A DNA stretch of 64,000 nucleotides, from contig MU060561.1 in the NCBI GenBank assembly GCA_013265495.1, positions 186,001 to 250,000 on the forward strand, given 5' to 3'. A model generated the notes under the pieces. It worked only from the letters and a program-made list of their open reading frames with translations, searched no databases and was not told the origin of the DNA. Positions 13,961 to 24,200 of this stretch are shown here, piece after piece; the stretch's first letter is position 1; every line of letters begins with the position of its first letter. The stretch comes from Vicugna vicugna (lineage: Eukaryota). A program made the position numbers and the translations under genes.

Positions 13961-14284
13961 ACTATGGTGGGCAGCCTCCAAGGTGGCCCCTGGTGATTCT
14001 TGTCCTCTCTCCTCTCCCTGAGAAGAGTCCCAGCCCCTCGGGGAAATGGCCAACTGCCCAGATGAAACTTACACTGTAGGGAAACTTAACAAATTTCCAG
14101 TGAAGAAGCTGAAGGAAAACAGAGTCCAAATATGGACACTGCTCTGGATATAAATGCCCTTCATCCCTTCCCTCTGGGCTTGGCTCTCTCAGTAAAATCT
14201 CCTGCTGGGACTTAGTAGCCAAGTTGGAGCAGAAATAGTTCAGTTTTCAGAGAATTTAATTCTGTCATGTTAGATGGGACCTTG

Positions 14285-14450
14285 AATGCCACTCAAAGTG
14301 AAGTTCAAGGACCAGCAGCATCAACTTGACCTACAAGCTCGGTTGAAGTGCAGACTCTTAGGCCCCAGCTGGTCCTGCTGAAACATAAGGTGCATTTTAG
14401 CAAGACTCCCAGAAGACTGATACGCCAATGAAAGCGTGAGAAGCATTGGT
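14285..14450 (+). mobile_element. hAT-Charlie MITE (MER5A-like)
   Basis: ctcaaagtg...ggaccagcagcatca...tgcagactcttaggcccca...gcattttagcaagactcccag...tgagaagcattg follows the MER5 layout. Confidence 0.7.
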
Positions 14451-14884
14451 CTGATCAAACTGTCCATCCAACTCTCAAGTGCTCTATAATATCAGAATTT
14501 GTTCTTGAGTATCTCCTGTGATGGCAAACACCCTATCTCTTAACGCAGCCCATCCCATCTTGAGTATGGTTTCCATCAGTCCTCAATGTACAGGTCCCCC
14601 ACTTTGCCCTTGTCCTCGGCTTCCCCACGTCCCATCCCTTACTTTCACCCTCTCATGGCTCCAGGGACTCAATACCTCTATCAATCACTCCAGGAATTCA
14701 CTCCAAGCCCAAACCCATAGAATCCCACTGAGAAGGTCAAGGGGGATCCCGTTTCAGTGAATTTCCTGCCCAATTTTTATTAATCTTCCTGCCTAGTGTC
14801 TTTTAAGCCTGGATTTTAGTACTATTGACCTTTGTCTTGGAGTTCTCAGAAGGCAGAGGGAGCCCAGCCAGAGAACACTGTGGG

Positions 14885-15027
14885 GGCCTCCTGGTCTTCC
14901 AGGGCCTGGGCCTCCCTCCCCCGGACCATGTTCTCCTACTGGGATGACGCAGCCAGGTCCACCAGCTGCTTATTGCCCATGGACAGGAACACGGATGTGT
15001 CTGAGGCCCAGTCCTGCTGGTCCCCTT
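14885..15027 (-). pseudogene. Relic of keratin exon 5 (L12 linker and coil 2A)
   Basis: After acceptor ctttgcag at 15028 it reads TCA GAC ACA TCC GTG TTC CTG TCC ATG GGC AAT AAG CAG CTG GTG GAC CTG (SDTSVFLSMGNKQLVDL versus [17 protein letters not shown]). Then a deletion, then CAG TAG GAG AAC ATG, where the Tyr of QYEE has become a stop, then GAG GCC CAG GCC (EAQA versus EAEA). Confidence 0.85.
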
Positions 15028-15439
15028 CTGCAAAGTGGCGGGAAGCCCAGCCCTAGGCTAACAGGCCAGCTCTCTGCACACAGCAGCACGAGGAACACCC
15101 TGACACTTCACACTCTGGGTGCACATGAGCAGGCCTTTGCCCTGTTGGTGCTCATACCAGCTGGCTTTGGGCATCCAGCAGGAATTGTTATGACAGGTAG
15201 TAATAGCCCAGAAGCAGTGGATTTGGGGTCAGCGGCTTGGGCCAGGCACCGTCACGTACCCCTTCAGTTTCAGCATATATGAGTGGGAAATGGGCGTGAG
15301 GTGTGATCCTTGGGGCAGGGGTGGGGATGGAAGCGGCTCAGCAGCAGAGGAAAATGAAGCCCCTGTTAACCCAAAGGTCACCTACAGGCCCGTGTCGTCC
15401 AGGCAGAGATCAGGACCGGCTCAGTCGAGACTCCCAGGG

Positions 15440-15533
15440 CCAGCCCCAATGCGACCCCTGGAAGCAGGTCTCCTGCACAGCCCTTCCAACTGGGCCTCCA
15501 CTTCCACCCTCCGAGTGAAGGCTCCTCCACACT
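15440..15533 (-). pseudogene. Relic of keratin exon 4 (coil 1B)
   Basis: Polypyrimidine acceptor gtccttcctaccctcag, then AGT GTG GAG GAG -CC TTC ACT CGG AGG GTG GAA GTG GAG GCC CAG TTG GAA GGG CTG TG- CAG GAG ACC TGC TTC. This gives SVEEAFTRRVEVEAQLEGLxQETCF versus [25 protein letters not shown], with two 1-nt deletions. Confidence 0.75.
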
Positions 15534-16152
15534 CTGAGGGTAGGAAGGACCATGGGCCTCATCCCTACAACCACGTGAACCAGCATCTCTTCCTCTGCCT
15601 CGGATGCCTCCAGAGACCCTGTCCCTTCCCTCTGCTCCTCCCGAACAGAGGGAAGGAACTGAATAGAGGGAGCAGAGGCCTGATTGGGGAAGAACTGACT
15701 GGCTATACACAGTATACCTTCTGGCTTCCCCAGACAACTCTACCCTACCTCCTACCACACCTCATGCTGCCTCCTCCCCCCACCCCCCTGATGTGATACA
15801 GGCCCACCTGCACCCCTCCACCCCACTGATGCCATTGAATGCTGCCAAGTGCTCGCCTCTGTCTGACTGTCCAGCAGCCCCTCTGCTCCCGAGACTACAC
15901 AGGTCCCTAATCTGCCCACCGTGGGCAGGACCCCTTGCCAGTATTGGAGACCAGTGCCATCCTGCCATGGGTGTGTTGGAAAGAGCACAGGACTTTGGGG
16001 TCTTAGCCTGGCTCTGCCCCTGACAACCTAGGTGAATTTAGACAAGATCCCTGTTCCTCCCTGGGTCTCAGTTCCTTCACTGGTGAAATAGAGAGGCCCC
16101 TGCTGCAATACAGAGGGCCCCCCACATCAGGATGCAGGAGCTGTGTGAGGAC

Positions 16153-16210
16153 CCAGGGCAGCACTGAGCCCTCTTCCACATTCACCCTGCAGTAGATGTC
16201 CTCCTGGAAC
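16153..16210 (-). pseudogene. Relic of keratin exon 3
   Basis: Acceptor ctcctccttcctggcag, then G TTC CAG GAG GAC ATC TAC TGC AGG GTG AAT GTG GAA GAG GGC TCA GTG CTG (G+FQEDIYCRVNVEEGSVL versus G+[17 protein letters not shown]). Same splice phase as the real 61-nt exon, and a GT follows after 58 nt. Confidence 0.65.
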
Positions 16211-17010
16211 CTGCCAGGAAGGAGGAGCAGGCAGGTGGCAGCACTGCCAAGGGCAAGCTCCTGTCCAGACTCACATGCTGGAGCCAGAGCCCTGCCCCCA
16301 CTCTCCACCTCAGCCCCCTAAAATTAGGCAGGCAAGCCACAGGGCACCTTTGGGGTCTTCTCCAGCCCAGGGTGCTTGTTGATAGATGGGTGACCTGATA
16401 AACAATCTTTTTGTCTGCAAAAGAGCAGCAGCATCCTTCTGTCACTCTCAGCACTGTTTAGACAATGGATGTGAACGTACTTGGCAACTGCAAAGCCACA
16501 TGTGGACACCGACAAGAGAGGGAATCATGTACCGCCACTCCCTCCACCCGTGGCCATGGCAGGCATTACTAATCCATCAGTCCTTCCTCCCCTCTGGATC
16601 CTGGATCCACACCCTAGGCCAGTGGCTCCTTAGAATTCCTTCACTAGCCTTCAAAAGATACCAATGAAACGTGGGCCCCACCCAGTAGCCTGACTTAATC
16701 AGCTTGGAGGAGAGGCTCAGGTATCAGTATGTTTTGAAGTTTCCAGGTTATTTTTCAACTGATGTAAAGAACCACTGCTCTTGGCAACCACAATCCAATG
16801 ACCACGTAGATTCATGTAACATAGTGGCTGCCCCTCCACCTCCATTGCTAGAAACCCCTCGGGCCTCCAAGGACTTCCTGGCTGAGGTTTGCTGGCTCAC
16901 ACTGGTCGCTGGGGAATCTGTCCATCTGTCCTCACACCTCTCCTCACCACAGGGCAGGACTGGCTAACTGCATCATCACTAAATTTCACAGCCCGCCCCA
17001 CCCCCAACTC

Positions 17011-17257
17011 ACTCCTCCTCAGTCTAGCTTCAGGTTCCAAGAAGTTGTTCCCTTAGATTTTCTAGCAGAAGGGTCCAGTGCATGGGGCCCCCCACAGCTC
17101 CACCTGTCCTGGGTGACCCCCCGGGAGGCCAGGTCTCTGAAAGTGAGGAGCAAGTGGAATAAATGCAGACACCTGTCCATCAAGCCCCTACCTTTCCTCT
17201 AGGAAAGATCCAGTTCTTATAAAGAGGCCAGGGTTCCTGTTGGGAGCAGGACCCCTT
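17011..17257 (-). pseudogene. Possible relic of keratin exon 2
   Basis: After an AG at 17259-17258 there are patchy matches in the expected order: GGGTCCTG..CAACAGGAAC ~ CGGTTCCTGGAGCAGCAGAAC, AACTGGATC ~ AAGTGGAGC, CAGGTGGAG-CTGTGGG ~ CAGCTGGAGACTCTGGG, ACTTC..GAAC ~ GACTTCAAGAAC, and a GTGAG near 17010. Length is compatible with exon 2. Confidence 0.4.
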
Positions 17258-17620
17258 CTGCCAGTGGACACAGGTAACACTTCTGTTGAAAGCCACAAAC
17301 CAGACCTCACACACACCTCTCCGTGCTTTTCCGTTCCTCTCTCCCCACCCTTTCTCCATCCCTCTTCTCAAACTCTGCTCCGCACTTCATCTCCCTGCAG
17401 CCCCGATGGTACTCACAGCCCCTCTGCCGTGTGTGCTCTGAAAGCTTCTTTTTCTGCTTTACAGAGAAGATTACCCTTGAAATATGGGGTGTACAGGCGA
17501 CACGCAGCGCTGTTCTGTGTGTGTCCGGGTGGCTGTGTGATACTTGTTCATGTGAGCAGGTGAACTGAGGTACACGTGCACACCTTGATTACTCAGAGAC
17601 CAAGCCATCAGACTCTGCTG

Positions 17621-17626
17621 TTTATT
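17621..17626 (-). terminator. KRT71 polyadenylation signal (AATAAA)
   Basis: TTTATT on the plus strand about 600 nt downstream of the KRT71 stop, followed on the minus strand by a GT-rich tract. Confidence 0.7.
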
Positions 17627-18219
17627 GAGGATGCAGTGGGAGGGCCTTTAAGAAGAAAGGAGAAAGGAACGGGCCTCCTCTTCTCTGCTTGTGGATGCAG
17701 GAGAGGGGAGAAAGAGACCCTGGGTTGCACTTGGTCCACTCAGAATGAGCCGCGAGACAGCCAGGGTGGGGTGTGGATGGCCTCGCCTGGTCATTTACCC
17801 TCCAGCCCTCTTTTTCCTGAACACAGAACCAGCTCCCCTCATGGGGCAGGAGCTGGGACAAAGGCCCCAGTGTGAAAGGGGGTCTCAGTCTGAGATCCAT
17901 GGAGCCAGACAGAGTAATTAGCAACTGAGCCAGAAGCTGTGCAGAGGACAGAAGGCTGGGAACCAGGGGCTGCGCTGGTGGCATGGCTGGGGGACCACAG
18001 CCAAGGAGGCAAACACCAGCTGGTGCAGAGAGGAATTTCACCAAGCTTAGTCGTCCACACCATCCAGGCTGGGGAAGACACAGGTTGGGAGGAGTAGGTG
18101 GCCAAGTCCAGCACCAGAGGTACAAGAGCAGGGCTGGCAGGGTTGGGGTAGGGCTGACAGTGGCTGGGGGAGCCAGATGCGGGACACAGGGACGGCGGAG
18201 GGGCATGGGGCAGCCCTCT

Positions 18220-21200
18220 CTACCGACTGGCCTTCTTGGAGGGGGCGCTCAGGCTGGAGCCCTTCCCCAGGGCATCCTTGGAGTCGCTGGTGCTGCTCCG
18301 GCTCCGGCCCTCCCCACCGCGGACACTGCACACTCCGGAGATGCAGCTGCTGCTGTTGGCCACGTAGCCTCCGCTGACCGAGCTGGGCCGGTAGCCATAG
18401 CCAGCGCTGCCGCTGGTGCTGCTGATGATGGCTGCAGGGGAGAGAGCAGGGTCAGCTCTCCACAGGCAGAGCGGGAGGCAGGGCCAGAGGAGGCCACCTT
18501 GCCCCTTGGAAAGATGGGGCTCTTCTTGGAACAATGGATTGGATGGGGGATCTGGTCATAGCCAAGCCTCTCTGCATTGGGAAAAATATCTCAGAGACAG
18601 CTTCCCCCATGCCCTGCCCTTGTCTTGCCCAGCTTGTACCCAATCTAGCTCATTCTTAACTCGCAGAAGTCCATCTCTTTGGTTTAGGTACCGATAGACC
18701 TGCCTGTCATGCTGGACACTCCTTCCTCTTCTATTAGCCTTTCTTTTCCTAAACTTCCCACCCTCCGACCTCTCCGTCCTGCCAGCCGTTCTACAGATGG
18801 CATCTTTCAGAAGCTCTGATTGAATTCTTAGCCTTGCTGAGATACCCAGAGAGCTAACACTGTCAACTTGACCTCCGAGGTACCCCATTCACTAATTCCC
18901 CAGCCCAGGTCTGATCACAGGTCTGGCTTCCCAAGCCTCACACACACCCATGCTCATTTTCTTGCACCATGTCCTTTGATTTCCCATCCCCATGATAATA
19001 TCCTTGTAGCCGCCATCCCCTGGAAACAGGGAGACCGAGTCATAAGGGGGAAGGAGCCCTGGGTTGAGAATCAGAAGGCCTGATTGCTGGCCATGCCTCT
19101 GCCATCTGGCTGTGTGATCTCAGGCAAAGTTTTTCCCTCTCTGGTCCTTAGATTGCTCATCTACACACGCAAGGTGTAACTAAGGCCCTCTACGGTCCAC
19201 AGATTCTACAGTTTTAGGTCCAAGTGTACAAGTACTTACAGATGCTGACGGGGGAGGGAAATTCTCCTGACATCCTGTTAGGGGAGAAATAAAATAAGAG
19301 CAGTTATCCAACCCACAGTCTATTAACCTCAAAGCGAGTGCCCCCACCAGCCTAATGTGGGTTTCTGAACTCAGTGGGAAGCCATGAAAATTCCAGGGCT
19401 TCTTTGGCACAAGCAGAGCTTGAGAAACTGTGGGGCCCCCTGAACCTTTGGGGTAACCAGGCAATAATTGAAATAAAACAGTTGTTCTCCTAGGAGCACA
19501 TGTGGGGGTGGCATGTACACCTCCCAAGGGTCAGGCCCAGCCACTGAGCCCTTCCTTCTTCCTAGAACATTGGGGAGTTGGAGTGGCTTCTCTGGGACAT
19601 CTCTGACAAGCTCATCTTGTATCCAGACAGGTAAGGAAGGTAGGACAAAAAGGCCTAATATAGTAATGGGTTTTTCTGGGGCGGGGAGAGATGGAGGAGT
19701 GGAGGGTGGGAATGTGCCCAGGTCCACACAGGGAAGTCATGAGGAATAAATGAGCCAATCCACATAGCACACTGCCTGGTATGAAGTAAGCTCTCATGTC
19801 TGGGTAGGTATTATTGATTACTGTTATTATTTCTAGCATCATTACTCATTCTCTTCCCTAAAACTCATCTTTTCTGATGAGTTTTGACCCTTCCCAAACC
19901 CTTGGAGCCTTCCTGCCAGAGCTTCCCCCCTCACCGGCACTCCTCGCTCTCCAGCAGCTTGCGGTAGGTGGCGATCTCCATGTCCAGGGCCAGCTTCAGG
20001 CTCATGAGCTCCTGGTACTCACGCAGCATCCGAGCCAGCTCCTCCTTGCCCTGGTGCAGGGCAGCCTCCAGCTCATCCAGCTTGGCCCGGGCGTCCTTCA
20101 GGGCATTGTCCCCCCGCTGCTCGGCATCAGCAATGGCCGTCTCCAGATTGGAAGCCTAAATGGGGAATTGGAGAAGTTGGAACCTGGAAGGGCTCATTGG
20201 AGTCATGCACATCCAAATCCTACTCATTCTTTGAAATTCTGGGGCAGAGATGCCCACCTCCACCCTTCTGACCCCATGATCCTCTTCTAGATTGGAGCCC
20301 CTTCCTTAGCTTTATCTCCACTCCCTTGGGTTTGGACATTGGTGGTGATGAACAATAGTGCATTCTGCCCTCCTGAGATGATGGCCAGCTTAGCACCACT
20401 TTAGTTCATTACAAATTCATTTACCTGGCCACCTTGTGCTAAGGACACAAAATGAGGAAAAGTAAACTTGACCTTCTGCTCTTGAGCTGTTTAAAGCCCA
20501 GGAGGATCGATCACTGGGATACAGTGTCGCAGGCACAGCAGTGACTGCCCCGATGCATGGGACCATAGACAAGGGCACCGGGAAGGCAATTCTCTAGGAC
20601 CAACTATTATTTCCCAAGTGCTTACCATACACCTGACACTGTGCTCAGCCCTACACATGCCCTTTATATACCTTAGCTCATCCAGTCCTAACAACACCCA
20701 ATGCAGTAGGGACAAGTAACTTGCCCAAGGTCCCAGAGCTATGGAGAGTTAAAACCCATGGGAGAGTGGAAAAAGCACTGGACTGGGAGCTAAGAGACCT
20801 TGGTTCAGGTCACACTCTGCCACTTATTGCTGTGCAACCCACTCAACCTCTCTGAGCCTCAGTTTCCTTCTCTGTAACAATTTAATCAGAAAATGTTTAT
20901 TAAGCAGCTAGTATGTGCTAGGCCCTGTACTAGATGCTGTGAAAACAATGGGAGAAAATCAGCCAGCTCCCTGCCTCCCTCCAGTCCAGCGGAAGAAGGA
21001 AAGACAGGTGCTGGGCAGTTATAGAAGCGTGACAAGTGCAGGGGAGGCATGGGTGCTGGGAGAGCACATTGATCGGGTCAGGAAGGGCAGAGGGATGTGG
21101 TCCTAGCTCACTCTGGGTGATGAGAGAAGGCTTTCTGGGGGAGGGGGCTTCAAAGCAGAGATCCTTGGGGTGAACAGCAGATGAGGTGCCCCAGGGACCT

Positions 21201-24200
21201 TTGCTGTAAGGGTTTGATGCAGTGACCCCTTTGGCTCCTTTCCTCTCATCAGCAGAGATCTGGGAGGCTGGCGTCCTCGGCCCGCTCCTCCCCTCTCCAC
21301 TTGTGCCTGCCTGCCCGAGGCCACAGGCAATTGGTCACCTCACCTGCTTCTTCACATTCTCAATCTCTGAGCGGATCCTCTGGATGAGCCGAGTGAGCTC
21401 CGAGATCTCGTTCTTGGTGTTTTTGAGGTCATCCCCATGCCGGCCGGCCGCCAGCTGCAGCTCCTGGAACTGGAGACCCAAAGCGCAGTCATGGATGGGT
21501 CCCATGTGGTGGGCGTGCATGGTGGCTCGCGGCTGGTGATGCCATGCGGGCAGGCCATGCTGGACATGTAACTGGACACTGCCTCCGCTCTGGGAACGAT
21601 CAGCACCATCCCTCATGCCAGCTGAGGTCGCCACCCTTCCTGGCAGGCCTTTAGTCCAGCTCACCTTGGTCTGGTACAGCGCCTCGGCCTCGGCCTTGCT
21701 CTTGAGGGCGATTTCCTCGTACTGGGCACGGACCTCATCAATGATGCTGTCCAGGTTCAGGTCCCGGTTGTTGTCCATGGACAGGATGACAGACATGTCG
21801 CTGATGTGGGACTGGATCTGAGCGATCTCCTACAGGGGAAACAGGGACGGTCTTGGGACTTGACTGTCAGAGGCCTGCAACCTCCCCCAAGCAAGGTGAG
21901 CAAATCCTGGTGGTGCCAATTTAGAGGCTCCAAACCAAGGCTGTTGCTCCCTGGGCAAAGTCAGTTCCTTCTGGGCCCCAGACAGATTTCCATCACCATG
22001 AAGCCAGGACCTGGGCCATTTCCTTCTCACCCAGAGGGTGGAGATGAAGAGCCTCTCAGGGTCGAAATGGAGATGAAGAGCTGAGCAGGTAAGCCTCCCT
22101 CAGGTCCCGGGTGCCCCTCCCAACCCCAGAATAGAATTTTCCCCACTGACCACCCTCAGAGGGATGGGTGGAGGGACAGACTTACGGCTTCATAGAGACA
22201 CTTGAAGAACTTGATCTCCTGGTCCATGGAGTCCACCTTGGCCTGCAGCTCCACCTTATTGGCATAAGCCGCATCCACATCCTGAAAGATGCCCCAGCCA
22301 TCCCCAGATCAATGCTGGTGCAGCCAAGAAGGCAACATGCACCCCAGCCTGGGTCCCCTGCATGGGAAAATAGCCACCTCTTCTCTTTGGGAAGCTCATG
22401 GAAAAGGGGAGGACAGAGCAAAAGCCCCAGCCCTGCCCCATCCTAAGAATGGGCTCCCTCCACAGCAGGGATGGGTCCTCCTCTAAGGAAGGGAAGCTGT
22501 CAGTCACCCCTGTGACTTCCAAGCAAGGCCCCAAGGCTGCAGAGGGAGCCCGTGTGTCGTCCTCTGTTGTTCCTCACTGCAGTCAACCCCATCCTCATTA
22601 AATTCTCAAGGATGCCTTTATCCTCTCTGCTGTTTTAGTCCCTTCCCTGGATAGTCCTACACTGTGGTTTTCCCCTGCCTTCCTTTTCTATTTCTGGATC
22701 AGGTCACCTTCTTTGAGAGGAGAGCATGCCAGCAGGCTCAGCTCCTCCTGGTCCTGGACCAGCCCCAGACCAGGGCCTGCCCACCCCTCACCTTCTTGAG
22801 CAGCACAAACTCGTTCTCTGCAGCCGTCCGCCTGTTGATTTCTTCCTCGTACCTGTGGGAATATTGGGACTCAATCGGTTAATTCGTCTCACTGGGAACC
22901 CTCGTTTGCCCAGGAAGACCCTGAGCAAGGGCAGTGTGTCTGTCAGAGGGCGCAGGTGCTGAGGGGCTGCAGAGTCCAAGGCCAGTGGGGCCAACCAGGC
23001 AAGGGAGACTTCCAGGAGGAAGGGATGTGATCATCAAATTTGGAAGGAGACTGTGAAAGATCCAGCCTCAAAAATGAGGAAGGAGCATGTGGTGCAAATG
23101 TCCTGTGGGAAATCTCACATTTGTCCCAAGTGCCAGGCTGTAGGAGCAGGAAGCAAGTTCCAGTGTTGGGGGGGTGATGACTCTGCTTGGTATGAGGAAC
23201 ACTGCCCCCACCTCCAAAAACTTTAAACTGGGGGAGCTTCTGGTGCCCCAAGGGGCCCACTCCTGTGGGATGAGCTCAGAGGCATTGGGCAGTCATGCAG
23301 TTACAGGGGGTCCCCGCTCACCTCTTCTTGTAGTCCTCCACCACGTCCCGCACGTTCCTCAGCTCCGAGTCCAGTCTCACCCTGTCCCCGGACAGCGCCT
23401 CCAGCTGCTTCCGCAGGTTGCCGATGTAGCCCTCGAGGATGGGCTCCAGGTGGTTCTTGCAGTTGTTCAGGTCCAGCTGCTGCAGCAGCTCCCACTTGGT
23501 CTCCAGCACCTGGTTCTGCTGCTCCAGGAACCGCACCTGGAACCCAACACCCATCAGTGCTGAGCCCCACGGAAACAGTCACACCTGTCACTCCCTGGGG
23601 GCTGGACAAATAGCTCTCCCCATGTCTTCTCCTTTACCCCTCACAACAACCACCTGAGGTGGGTGAATCATTAATCCTGCTTCATGGGAAGGAAACTGAG
23701 GCAGAGAGTTGAGCCTCTTTCCAAGGTCCAACGGTTTAATAAGTGGTGGAGATCAGAACTAAACCCAGACATGTATCTCCATCACCCATGCAACTGGTCA
23801 CTTGGAACCCACCATGACCAAACCAGCCCAGGTCAGGAGTGGGCCTGAAAATGCCAGGGCAGAGTCGGGCTGGGTCCATCTTTGGAAAGGCTGACCATTC
23901 TGAAGAAGGGAATCTGCTCTTCATTTTATATCATCTCAAGCTCAGCCAGGCTCAACAGTTCACGAGCTTCTGAGTATCCTAAATTCCGGCATCGGGCCCC
24001 AACTCCATCTTTGCTATGGCCTCTTCCTTCTTTCCTAGTCCTGCTCCTCAGAACCATCTTCCCTAGAGCAAGCATATCACACGGAGCAAGATGGACAGAC
24101 AGACCTCCCCATGCTATGTGGCCTCACTGGGCCAGGAAACTCACTAGAGAAGGTAGATCTTTGATTGCAGGGGTGGCAATTTAAAAAATGTGATTTCCCT

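Larger units (their letters stand above)
11988..17257 (-). pseudogene. Highly degenerate type II keratin pseudogene (relics of exons 2-7) downstream of KRT71
   Basis: Keratin-like exon remnants occur in the correct order and orientation with plausible intron spacing. They carry frameshifts, an in-frame TAG and lost donors. See the individual exon entries. Confidence 0.8.
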
